Origin: Acidimicrobiia bacterium
GTDB taxonomy: Bacteria; Actinomycetota; Acidimicrobiia; Spongiisociales; ZC4RG35
Length of the DNA: 48,005 bases
NCBI GenBank assembly: GCA_040878225.1
Contig: JBBDMR010000165.1
Span: forward strand, 1-48,005
Reading direction: 5' to 3'
A model generated the notes under the pieces. The model was not told where the DNA came from. It searched no databases and saw only the letters and a list, made by a program, of their open reading frames with translations. Within the stretch, counting starts at the first letter, position 1, and the number at the start of each line of letters is the position of its first letter. The position numbers were made by a program, and so were the translations under genes. Shown in pieces: positions 28,603-36,352 of the stretch.

Positions 28603-29664
28603 GTGGGTGGCCAATCGATCCAGGAAATGCTCGAACGTCTTGCGCCCGGTACCCCGATGCGGCGTGCGCTCGAGCGCATAATCCAGCAGGGCAAGGGCGG
28701 CCTCGTCGTGCTCGGCCACGGCCCTGAGGTCGACGAAGCCAGCTCCGGAGGGTTTGCCTTGCGCTCGTCCTCGTTCACTCCGGCACGCCTCGCCGAATTG
28801 TCCAAGATGGACGGCGGGATCGTTCTCGACGACTCATGGAACCGAATCGTCAGCGCTGCGGTGCACTTCATCCCTGACGGGTCGATCGACACCGACGAGA
28901 CGGGGGCGAGGCACCGTACGGCAGAGCGTCTTGCAGTGCATACCGGGAAAGCAGTGATCGCGGTCAGCGAGGGACGTCACATTGCAACTCTTTTCTACAA
29001 CGGGCAGAAGGTCGAGCTGGCCAATCCGACCGAGGTCGCAGCCCACGTCAATCAGGAGCTGCAGAGCCTCGACCGTCTCCGCCGCCGGCTCGATGACGCC
29101 GAAATGCGCCTGACCCGCTTCGAAGTCTCCGGGCTGGCAACATACCGCCCCGTTCTCACCGTCATCCAGCGTGCGATTCTGGTCGAGCGGCTCGGAGACC
29201 TGGTGGCGGCAAGGGCTTCGACGCTCGGAGACGAGGGTCGGATTGTCTCCCTGCAGCTGCACGACTTGCTCGTCGGAGTCGAGGCAACGATACGCCTGAC
29301 CTTGCAGGACTATGTGAAGCCGATGCGGTCGGGTTCGGTTCAGAAGGCGTATGAGAACCTGGCCGCACTTCAGGGAAGTGACCTGGAAGACCTGGCGCGG
29401 ATCGGACATGAGCTGGGATTTGCCGACATCGACGACCCAGCTGAGCCGCGTGGGCACCGTATCCTATCCCAGGCGGGCCGTCTACCCGATCAGGTGAGGT
29501 ACGACCTGGTCAGGCACTTCAAGACGCTGGGACGGATCCTCAGGGCACACAAAGAAGACCTGATATCGGTGGAGGGTGTCGGGGAGACCCGGGCCGACCA
29601 GCTTCTCACCTACTTCGAGCGTCTGCGGTCGATGGCCGATGAATGGCAGCCGCTGACGGGTTGA
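28603..29664 (+). CDS. disA: DNA integrity scanning protein DisA (diadenylate cyclase)
   Basis: DAC domain strings 'GKGGLVVLG', 'DGGIVLDD' and 'GARHRTAERL', plus a C-terminal HhH region. Confidence 0.92.
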   Translation: MGGQSIQEMLERLAPGTPMRRALERIIQQGKGGLVVLGHGPEVDEASSGGFALRSSSFTPARLAELSKMDGGIVLDDSWNRIVSAAVHFIPDGSIDTDETGARHRTAERLAVHTGKAVIAVSEGRHIATLFYNGQKVELANPTEVAAHVNQELQSLDRLRRRLDDAEMRLTRFEVSGLATYRPVLTVIQRAILVERLGDLVAARASTLGDEGRIVSLQLHDLLVGVEATIRLTLQDYVKPMRSGSVQKAYENLAALQGSDLEDLARIGHELGFADIDDPAEPRGHRILSQAGRLPDQVRYDLVRHFKTLGRILRAHKEDLISVEGVGETRADQLLTYFERLRSMADEWQPLTG

Positions 29665-29695
29665 GGCTGGCGCTCGTTACAATACGTTTCCGTAT

Positions 29696-30211
29696 ATGGC
29701 AACAAAAACTGCAAGGTATTCCAACGGCGACAAAGTCGTTCACCCCCAGCACGGGGCGGCAACAGTCCTGAAGAAGGTCAAACAGGAGTTCGCCGGCGAA
29801 AAGATCGACTACTACATACTCGAGATCGCTACCGAGCAGCTCACCGTGATGGTCCCCCTCGACAAGGCAGAAGACCTGATCCGGCCCGTTATCTCCAAGA
29901 CGAAGTCACGCGAGGTTTTGAAGTCGTTGAAGGAAGAACCTGAAGAGGCCGGGTCGAACTGGAGCCGTTGGTATAAGGTGCTCACCGAGAAAATGACCTC
30001 GGGTGACATCTTCCAGGTTGCCGAAGTCGTCCGCGATCTCTCGTATGCCCAGCAGACCAAAGGCATCAGCCCTGCCCTGAAGCGAATGCTCTCCAAGGCC
30101 CGCACCACATTGAGCTCCGAAATCGCATTCAGCCTCCAGGTCGACGAGGACGAGGCGATCAAGAAGATCGACCGGGCCCTGCCCGAGATCGAGATAGAAG
30201 ACGAAAGTTGA
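29696..30211 (+). CDS. carD: CarD-family RNA-polymerase-binding transcription regulator
   Basis: 'GDKVVHPQHGAATV...IDYYILEI...LTVMVPLDKAE' followed by 'WSRWYK' and a leucine-zipper-like C-terminus. Confidence 0.92.
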   Translation: MATKTARYSNGDKVVHPQHGAATVLKKVKQEFAGEKIDYYILEIATEQLTVMVPLDKAEDLIRPVISKTKSREVLKSLKEEPEEAGSNWSRWYKVLTEKMTSGDIFQVAEVVRDLSYAQQTKGISPALKRMLSKARTTLSSEIAFSLQVDEDEAIKKIDRALPEIEIEDES

Positions 30212-30711
30212 GTCCGGAGCCCCCGGTGGCCACAACCAGGGTTGGCTGGGGGTTCGATGCCCATGCCCTCAACGACGAGCCACCACTCCTGCTCGGCGGC
30301 GTCGAAGTCTCCGACAGTTCCGGCCTGGCGGCCACCTCCGATGGTGATGTCCTCGCCCATGCGATAACCGACGCAATTCTCGGTGCCTGTGTCCTCGGCG
30401 ACCTCGGCGAGCACTTCCCGTCCACCGACCCTCGGTTTCACGGAGTCTCCTCGCTCAGCCTCCTCAGCGAGGCGGCAGGGATGGCTGCCAATTCGGGATT
30501 TGCCGTATCCCATGTCGATGCAACGGTCATCGCCGAGCGGATCAGAGTCGCTCCGCACCGTCAGGCGATTCGGGAGAACATCGCGGCGGCTCTCGGCATC
30601 CCCACCGATCTCATCTCTGTCAAAGCGACCAGCACCGACGGCCTCGGCTTCACCGGCACTTCCCAGGGCGTCGCCGCAGTAGCGGTGGTCACTGTGATCA
30701 CGACTTCATAG
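30208..30711 (+). CDS. ispF: 2-C-methyl-D-erythritol 2,4-cyclodiphosphate synthase
   Basis: 'VGWGFDAHAL' and 'SDGDVLAHAITDAILGA'. Overlaps the carD stop. No ispD lies between carD and ispF. Confidence 0.92.
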   Translation: MSPEPPVATTRVGWGFDAHALNDEPPLLLGGVEVSDSSGLAATSDGDVLAHAITDAILGACVLGDLGEHFPSTDPRFHGVSSLSLLSEAAGMAANSGFAVSHVDATVIAERIRVAPHRQAIRENIAAALGIPTDLISVKATSTDGLGFTGTSQGVAAVAVVTVITTS

Positions 30712-30720
30712 TCCGGATTC

Positions 30721-30903
30721 TCTTCACATCGTTGCACTGTGCACCGGGTTGCGGCTTTCGGCCCGTTTTGCACAACGATCCTCTTCACATCGTTGCACTG
30801 TGCACCGGGTTGCGGTTTCCGCCCCGTTTTGCACGGCGTCCCTCCTCACATCGGTGCACTGTGCACCGGGTTGCGGTTTTCGGCCCGTTTTGCACGACGT
30901 GGT
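30721..30903. repeat. Tandem repeat, 3 x 61 bp, filling the ispF-cysS spacer
   Basis: Units start at 30721, 30782 and 30843 ('tc[tc]tcacatcg[gt]tgcactgtgcaccgggttgcgg.tt.cg.cccgttttgcac....'). The period is not divisible by 3, and the same peptide string appears in all three frames of the ORF track. Confidence 0.92.
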
Positions 30904-30936
30904 TTCTGTTCTGATTCCCCTTAACATCATGCACCG

Positions 30937-32331
30937 ATGCTCCAGGTCTACAACACGCTCGGTCGCACCCTCCAGCCCTTCCTGCCTCGTGATGAGGGCA
31001 AAGTCGGTATCTACCTTTGCGGGCCGACGGTGCAGTCGGAGCCCCACGTCGGCCATGGTCGGTCGGCCGTCGCCTTCGATGTGATACGCCGTTATCTCAT
31101 CTGGAAGGGATACGATGTGACGCTGGTCCGCAACGTCACCGACATCGAGGACAAGATCATCAAGGCAGCCGAGGAGTCGGGTATCCCGGTACAGGAGCTG
31201 GCTGCGACGATGACCGAGCGTTTCGCCAACGGGTACGCTTCACTTGGCGTTGCCGCACCGGACTATGAGCCGAAGGCCACCGAAACCATCGCCGAGATCA
31301 TTGACCTGGTCAAACACCTGATCGATCGAGGGCTTGCCTACGAATCGGACGGCGATGTCTACTTTGCGGTGAGGGCCCTGCAGTCGTACGGGAAGCTCTC
31401 CGGCCACAACCCGGACGAGCTCCGATCGGGCTACCGGATCGAGGTTGGTGAGGCGAAACACGACCCGCTCGACTTCGCCCTGTGGAAAGGGACGAAACCG
31501 GGCGAGCCGTGGTGGGACTCGCCCTGGGGCGCGGGCCGGCCGGGTTGGCATATCGAGTGCTCGGCAATGGCCGAGAAGTACCTCGGGCATGGTTTCGACA
31601 TCCACGGCGGTGGTACCGACCTCATCTTCCCCCACCATGAGAACGAGATCGCCCAGTCGGAGGGAGCGTCGGGGGAAACCTTCGCCCGTTATTGGCTTCA
31701 CAACGGGATGGTGAACCTGGGCGGGGAGAAGATGGCGAAGTCGACCGGCCGCGTCGTCGACCTCGACTCCCTTGCCAGGAAGGTGGGCGGTCGTGCCCTG
31801 CGCATGCTGATGGTGCGCGCCCACTACCGATCGCCACTCGAATACACCGAGGACCTGGTCGAGGAGGCGGCTGAGTCGCTGGATCGCCTCGACCGGCTCC
31901 GAGAACGCGGTGTCGCCGGCGACCCGGACCCCGAGGTCATGGCCCGCTTCGAGGCAGCCATGGACGACGACTTCGGCACACCTCAGGCGGTATCGGTTCT
32001 TTTCGAAGCGGTCCGGGAGGGCAACAAGGCGCTCGACGACGGCGGAGATGCGTCGGCGTTGCTCGGCGCCGTCGAGGAGATTGTGGATGTCCTCGGTCTC
32101 GACGAAGGGACCCTCCCCAAAGAGGCAGCTATCGACCTTGGTGGCCTTGCCTCCAGGTTCGATGTCGGAGGCGGCGACCTCGAAGCGACCGTCAGCGCCC
32201 TCATCGAGAAGAGATCCGAGGCGCGGGCAGAGCGGCGCTTCGACGACGCAGATGCAATCAGAGACGGGCTCGACGCCGCCGGCATCCTTCTGGAGGACGG
32301 GCCTGATGGCACCCGCTGGCTACGGAAGTAG
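30937..32331 (+). CDS. cysS: Cysteine--tRNA ligase
   Basis: '[16 protein letters not shown]' (HIGH motif) and 'KMAKSTG' (KMSKS motif). Confidence 0.95.
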   Translation: MLQVYNTLGRTLQPFLPRDEGKVGIYLCGPTVQSEPHVGHGRSAVAFDVIRRYLIWKGYDVTLVRNVTDIEDKIIKAAEESGIPVQELAATMTERFANGYASLGVAAPDYEPKATETIAEIIDLVKHLIDRGLAYESDGDVYFAVRALQSYGKLSGHNPDELRSGYRIEVGEAKHDPLDFALWKGTKPGEPWWDSPWGAGRPGWHIECSAMAEKYLGHGFDIHGGGTDLIFPHHENEIAQSEGASGETFARYWLHNGMVNLGGEKMAKSTGRVVDLDSLARKVGGRALRMLMVRAHYRSPLEYTEDLVEEAAESLDRLDRLRERGVAGDPDPEVMARFEAAMDDDFGTPQAVSVLFEAVREGNKALDDGGDASALLGAVEEIVDVLGLDEGTLPKEAAIDLGGLASRFDVGGGDLEATVSALIEKRSEARAERRFDDADAIRDGLDAAGILLEDGPDGTRWLRK

Positions 32332-33025
32332 GGTCGAGGGCCTCCATGCCGTTGCCGCTGCTGTCGCAGCCGGTCGGGTGGAATGGCTCACGGTCGAGCG
32401 AAAACGTAGATCGCGAGAGGAGATCGCCCGGCTCATCGACGCAGTAGGCGAGGCGAGAACGCTGCTCGTGGACGACACCCGCACCATCGCTGAGACCGAG
32501 GCCCCGCAAGGAGTGGTGGCCGACTGCACCCCGATACTTCCCGTTGAGCTCGACTCCCTGGCCACAGAGACTGCCTCGGTGCTGGTTCTCGACCATCTCG
32601 AAGATCCGCAGAACGTGGGTGCCATCGCCAGGAGTGCCCTGGCCGGCGGATGCTCCGGCCTGGTGATGTCGGGCCGGCGTTCGGCGCCGCTGTCCGCTGC
32701 AGCGTTCAAGGCTGCCGCCGGCGCCCTGGAGCGTCTCCCAGTGGCGGTCGTCGGGTCGATCCCCGAGGCGCTGCAGCGACTAAAGGCGCAGGGTGTCTGG
32801 GCGGTGGGTCTCGACGCCGGAGGCGACCAGTCGTTATTCGGCCTCGCATTGCTGACCGAGCCGGTGGCGATCGTGATCGGGGCCGAAGGGGAGGGCCTCA
32901 GCCACCTCACCGCAAAGCGCTGCGATGTGATCGCCGCCATCCCGATGACAGCGGAGACCGAGTCTCTGAATGCGTCGGTTTCCGCTGCGTTGGCGATATT
33001 TGAGATAATGCGGGCTCGCACCTAG
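32306..33025 (+). CDS. rlmB: SpoU/TrmH-family RNA 2'-O-methyltransferase (RlmB-like)
   Basis: 'LDHLEDPQNVGAIARSA', 'IVIGAEGEGLS' and 'IPMTAETESLNASVSAAL'. ATG 32306 overlaps the cysS end by 26 nt. The track ORF from 31910 runs out of frame inside cysS. Confidence 0.82.
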   Translation: MAPAGYGSRVEGLHAVAAAVAAGRVEWLTVERKRRSREEIARLIDAVGEARTLLVDDTRTIAETEAPQGVVADCTPILPVELDSLATETASVLVLDHLEDPQNVGAIARSALAGGCSGLVMSGRRSAPLSAAAFKAAAGALERLPVAVVGSIPEALQRLKAQGVWAVGLDAGGDQSLFGLALLTEPVAIVIGAEGEGLSHLTAKRCDVIAAIPMTAETESLNASVSAALAIFEIMRART

Positions 33026-33035
33026 CTGCGACCAG

Positions 33036-33111
33036 GCCGGGTTAGCTCAGTTGGTAGAGCAGCTGATTTGTAATCAGCAGGTCATCGGTTCAAATCCGGT
33101 ACCCGGCTCCA
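33036..33111 (+). tRNA. tRNA-Thr (anticodon UGU), CCA encoded
   Basis: Hand-folded cloverleaf: acceptor GCCGGGT/ACCCGGC, D-arm GCTC/GAGC, anticodon stem GCTGA/TCAGC with loop TT-TGT-AA, T-arm ATCGG-TTCAAAT-CCGGT. Confidence 0.92.
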
Positions 33112-33490
33112 GCACATGCAGGGAGTTTGTGGCCACTACCAGGGAAAATAGCTTCACCGTCATCCCTGACCTCTCTCAACGCCTAGCGTCGTTTCGCACC
33201 ATTTTTGGGCGTCTCGTGGCCTCGGTGTGGCCCAGATGTGGCCCAGCCACGTGTCTTTTGAGAGCTGTGTTGTACCGTCGCTGGCCAAAGGCAGCGGGAT
33301 TTCTAGGCGGACCTTTTCGACGAGAGCTTTCGTTGGGCAGCCTGTTTCGCGGTGCCGATCAGGCTGAGTTCGTCTCTCGGTTGAGGGGTCTTGCCGCTGA
33401 TCGGGTGCTGCTGATTCCTGTCGATGTGGGAAGCGGTCGGCGATGGCGGACGGTCTCAGATGTGGGCGACTCCGCCCTCGACAGGCGGGT

Positions 33491-33751
33491 TCATACGTCT
33501 AGCGTGACCTCCGAGAACGGCAGTTCGGGTTCTCCATGCGCGACGAGAGCACCGTTCCAAGTCTTAATCCAACGCTGACCCCAAGTATCGACAAAGGTGA
33601 GGTCAACGTCAGGCTGTCCCGTTTCGGGCATCCCGACGGGCCACTCGAAGTTGTACGACCGGTGGCTCTCAGGAAAGAGCGTTCCCACTGAGGCTCTGGT
33701 CGTCAGGTCATCAGGCGATCCAGCGTTACTTCCCATCGATCGGACGACCAA
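33491..33751 (-). CDS. Hypothetical protein (islet); possibly the 3' part of a frameshifted gene
   Basis: 86-aa ORF with no recognisable motif. Overlaps the ORF 33726-34007 in a frame offset by one nucleotide. Confidence 0.3.
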   Translation of the reverse strand: MVVRSMGSNAGSPDDLTTRASVGTLFPESHRSYNFEWPVGMPETGQPDVDLTFVDTWGQRWIKTWNGALVAHGEPELPFSEVTLDV

Positions 33752-34007
33752 ACTGATCCGCCAGGAACCGAATAGGCGAGCAATATGCCGCTATGCGCTC
33801 TTCAGCAGTCGGATCGTTATCCAGCGAGATCTGGTGATCTGCGCTGCCAAGGCCCAGGGTGGTGGCGGCCTGGGATGTGGTCGGCCCGTTCGGGTCGGGT
33901 GAGGAAGCGTGGTGTACGACGCAAGTGGTTTCGGTGCCAAACCCGGCCACCCCACGCTCCCGGCGCCAGACTCTCCCTGGTGGATTCACTCGCTCCCTAT
34001 GGAGCAA
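33726..34007 (-). CDS. Hypothetical protein (islet); possibly the 5' part of a frameshifted gene
   Basis: 93-aa ORF with a TTG start and no clear RBS. Confidence 0.25.
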   Translation of the reverse strand: MLHRERVNPPGRVWRRERGVAGFGTETTCVVHHASSPDPNGPTTSQAATTLGLGSADHQISLDNDPTAEERIAAYCSPIRFLADQFGRPIDGK

Positions 34008-34200
34008 GCCCTCGTGTTAGGGATCGGACGCCGCAGTCACGGGTTGTGGCACCGCACGAAAACGGAGTTGCAGGAGTATTACGACGCCGCGCGTAGCGGC
34101 GGGGCGTTCGGTTAGGCAGGCCGGGGGTTTTCTTCTATGGGTTGGCCCTTTAGCGCGCGATCTGAGGCGACCTCAGCGATGTGAGGGGAACAGTGTGGAG

Positions 34201-34452
34201 TTACGTGTTTGAGCGAAGTGGTCCGTTGCCCTCCCCTAACCGCTGCAAGTGGCGTATAGCAAACGGAGGCTGCGGAGCCCTCTCTCGAAAACCGTCAATG
34301 GGAATCGGCATCCATCCGCCACCGCTCTCTTCCTGCCCCTCTAGCGCCTCGATCGCATGGTCTCGGCACACGGATCCCGCTGGTGTGATGAAGGAGGCCT
34401 GCCCGTCGCATAAGCGGCAGGCAATCCGACTAAACGTCCGAGTGAATGGCAT
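34201..34452 (-). CDS. Hypothetical small Cys-rich protein (islet)
   Basis: 83 aa, with 'CRLCDG...x13...CRDH' suggesting a small zinc-binding knuckle. No obvious SD sequence. Confidence 0.35.
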   Translation of the reverse strand: MPFTRTFSRIACRLCDGQASFITPAGSVCRDHAIEALEGQEESGGGWMPIPIDGFRERAPQPPFAIRHLQRLGEGNGPLRSNT

Positions 34453-34598
34453 GCAGTCAGTTTTGCTGGCCGACCTAGCTTGTCGCCTACTAAATCACAG
34501 GCACAGGTTTGCACTAGTCACCGGACAAGCCAGGGGTTCAGCCTGGTAGTCTCGGTCCCGTCCGCGGCGTCACATTCACAAGGCCACCCTGGACGCAA

Positions 34599-34655
34599 AA
34601 GAACCCCCGGTAGACCGTCCAAGCATCTCGCAAGGCAGGGCCGACCGGGGTTCTT
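34599..34655 (-). terminator. Long stem-loop downstream of the DUF3892-like gene
   Basis: Arms 'aagaacccc(c)gg' and 'ccggggttctt' give 11 bp with one bulge. On the - strand the stem runs into 'cttttgcg'. Confidence 0.5.
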
Positions 34656-34665
34656 CTATTGACGG

Positions 34666-34917
34666 TTAACAGTCAGGGAGATTGTCGAGGTTATTAGCCT
34701 TCGTTGAGTCCCCTTCGGTCTGCAAGTGACCGTCGCTGGTCAAGTATACGTCTGTCTTGTAGCCGCCCTCGTTGACATAGTAAGAGTGGGTACCATTCTT
34801 AATGTCGCTGATTGCCTCCGCCTTCAACCGTGGGGACCAGGACTCCCCAGAGTTGCAAAGGGATGTGATATCTCCGTCGTCGTCTTTGCCCGTTCGTCGC
34901 ACCCTGCGATCAGCCAT
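34666..34917 (-). CDS. DUF3892-like small protein
   Basis: 83 aa. GGAGGG lies 6 nt upstream of the ATG. 'ITSLCNSGESWSPRLKAEAISDIKNGTHSYYV ... NNLDNLPDC' resembles the DUF3892 pattern as I recall it. Confidence 0.7.
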   Translation of the reverse strand: MADRRVRRTGKDDDGDITSLCNSGESWSPRLKAEAISDIKNGTHSYYVNEGGYKTDVYLTSDGHLQTEGDSTKANNLDNLPDC

Positions 34918-35053
34918 GATGGACCCTCCTCGGTCGCTTCATGCCAACCCTACGCGTATCCCCGCCGAGGATGCGTGGCCCTGGGGAAAGAACATCGGTG
35001 TAGGGTTCTCCAGGTCCAGCGCCAACCTCCCCCACCCTACGGCCCTGGACGCG

Positions 35054-35107
35054 GAAGACCCCCCGGTCGGCGTGCCCATTTGCAGCTTGCCGGCCCGAGG
35101 GGTCTTC
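35054..35107. terminator. Stem-loop downstream of the two-gene operon, related in sequence to 34599-34655
   Basis: Arms 'gaagacccc' and 'ggggtcttc' (9 bp) with a ~36-nt interior. A T-rich run ('tttgttt') follows only on the + strand. Confidence 0.4.
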
Positions 35108-35117
35108 TTTGTTTCGG

Positions 35118-35417
35118 CTATCCGCGCCAGCCGACCCAACGACCCCCAATCTCGTGTTGAATCATTTGGAGCAGGAAGCGGATTGCGGAACCTGTCGACT
35201 CTTCTGATGATTCGTCGTCGTCCGGGTCGCCCCAGTGGTCGAGGAGCCCGTACCGAAGTTCGAGCAGGTCCTTCTCGTCCAGCCGTTTCAGGATTCCACT
35301 CCACGTAACCCCGGCATCCTCCTCATAGGCTGAGGCGTCCAACTCGACCAGGCCGTGGTCGAGCATGTCCGTTTTGTTGTGGTCGTCCAGAGGGACGGGA
35401 ATCATCGAAGCCGTCAT
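35118..35417 (-). CDS. Small strongly acidic hypothetical protein (islet, second gene of the pair)
   Basis: 99 aa. By my count it has 22 Asp/Glu versus 8 Lys/Arg, including 'GDPDDDESSEES'. GAGGAG lies upstream, and the start overlaps the upstream stop (ATGA). Confidence 0.6.
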   Translation of the reverse strand: MTASMIPVPLDDHNKTDMLDHGLVELDASAYEEDAGVTWSGILKRLDEKDLLELRYGLLDHWGDPDDDESSEESTGSAIRFLLQMIQHEIGGRWVGWRG

Positions 35418-35713
35418 ACTCGCTCCTCTTCGGGCTCGAGTGTGGCGGCCGCGTTGAGCATGAGCGCCCGGGCGAACCCGGCGGCGATGTGCTGCCCGTC
35501 GTCTCGGCGCATGTGCTTCGGAACGTTCACCTGGAAGCCGTCCATCACGGAGGCCACCACGGCGACCGTGTTCTCATAGCCCAGCTCCTCATAGGAGCGC
35601 GCGTAGTGGTACAGCTCTTTGCCGATGTCCCGTAGCCGGTTCTCGTCGCTGATAGCGTCCCAGTCGATGGAGTCGATCTCCTGCCGGATTTGCTCTTCGG
35701 TTTTCGTGGTCAT
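35414..35713 (-). CDS. Small hypothetical protein (islet, first gene of the pair)
   Basis: 99 aa. GGAGGG lies 7 nt upstream of the ATG. No recognisable domain. Confidence 0.65.
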   Translation of the reverse strand: MTTKTEEQIRQEIDSIDWDAISDENRLRDIGKELYHYARSYEELGYENTVAVVASVMDGFQVNVPKHMRRDDGQHIAAGFARALMLNAAATLEPEEERV

Positions 35714-35806
35714 TTCTTACCCTCCTAGAGAGTGGATGACTTTGCCGTTTGGCTGGTTCGTGACCAGGGCTTTCACCCTGGTAGCACACCGTTTTCCCCG
35801 TCATAC

Positions 35807-35850
35807 TTTGTTATCAGCAGGTCATCGGTTCAAATCCGGTACCCGGCTCC
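35807..35850 (+). repeat. Displaced tRNA-Thr 3' fragment (att-like direct repeat)
   Basis: 'tttgtTatcagcaggtcatcggttcaaatccggtacccggctcc' versus 33067-33110 'tttgtAatcag...'. Identity is 43/44. Confidence 0.9.
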
Positions 35851-35937
35851 TAGAGACATCTCAGTAAGGCCAGGTGAGCCGGGGGGTTTCTGTGTAGGGG
35901 CCTCCCGTCCGGGTCGGATCGCATACGTTCCGGACTG

Positions 35938-35990
35938 GTAAGAACCCCCGGACCCCATTCCCCCAAAAATTCGGGGGTTCTTACTTTTGT
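35938..35990 (+). terminator. Intrinsic-terminator-like hairpin following the displaced tRNA 3' fragment
   Basis: 12-bp stem 'gtaagaaccccc'/'gggggttcttac' followed by 'ttttgt', with a C-rich 23-nt loop. Consistent with the original tRNA-Thr terminator. Confidence 0.6.
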
Positions 35991-36228
35991 AAACGCCGCC
36001 TGGAGCGGTTAAGACACTCCCACCGCCCACATCGTGAAAAAAAGGGGCACACCCGCGCGTGCTGGGGCAACATCGTCGAGTGAGAGCGACATGGTGGGTA
36101 AATGCCTCCCCGCGGCGAAACCCCCCGAAAGACCACCCGCCGAACAGCTCAGTTGGGCCGGCCAGTCGTTGTTTGGTACCCGCACGCCATACTGCGCTGC
36201 TCCGTGCCAGATATTTCGGTGGAGCGAG

Positions 36229-36291
36229 TCAGAACAGCAAGTTGAGCAGCACCGTCAATACCACGGAAACGATCACCGATATGAGCACCAT
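36229..36291 (-). CDS. Candidate 20-aa hydrophobic peptide MVLISVIVSVVLTVLLNLLF
   Basis: Below the ORF-track cutoff. This frame has G/C at the third position in 16 of 20 codons. The overlapping 50-codon frame has mostly A/T third positions. The SD is weak. Confidence 0.3.
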   Translation of the reverse strand: MVLISVIVSVVLTVLLNLLF

Positions 36292-36352
36292 TGTCAGGCA
36301 TCCCCGGCCGCCCCCGAGGGGCCGGATCGTCATTCGCTTCTGGTTCAACTGT

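Larger units (their letters stand above)
33067..35850. mobile_element. Putative integrated islet (or remnant) at tRNA-Thr, bounded by 44-bp direct repeats; no integrase seen
   Basis: tRNA positions 33067-33110 (anticodon loop to 3' end) recur at 35807-35850 with one mismatch. The interior has a lower coding density and only small unknown - strand ORFs separated by long hairpins. Confidence 0.6.

Noticed and set aside
30732-31084. Three ORFs (60-111 aa) reading 'HCAPGCGFRPVLH' in different frames
   Set aside because: They are generated by translating the 61-bp tandem repeat in all three frames. The period is not divisible by 3, so they are not coding.
33112-33490. Degenerate integrase remnant next to the tRNA
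   Set aside because: Hand translation of the - strand gave only vague resemblances to tyrosine-recombinase box motifs ('RPHLRPSAIA', 'HLGHTE'). These are spread over different frames and broken by stops, which is too weak to call without a profile search.
33051-33578. 175-aa + strand ORF starting inside tRNA-Thr
   Set aside because: It begins within the tRNA gene and runs through the att-proximal non-coding stretch. It has no RBS, an odd composition and no motif.
35870-35990. 6C-type small RNA (C-rich loops) after the displaced tRNA fragment
   Set aside because: There is only one convincing stem-loop, and its C-runs are 4-5 nt within a large loop. The two-hairpin 6C architecture is not evident. 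It is more simply the tRNA terminator.
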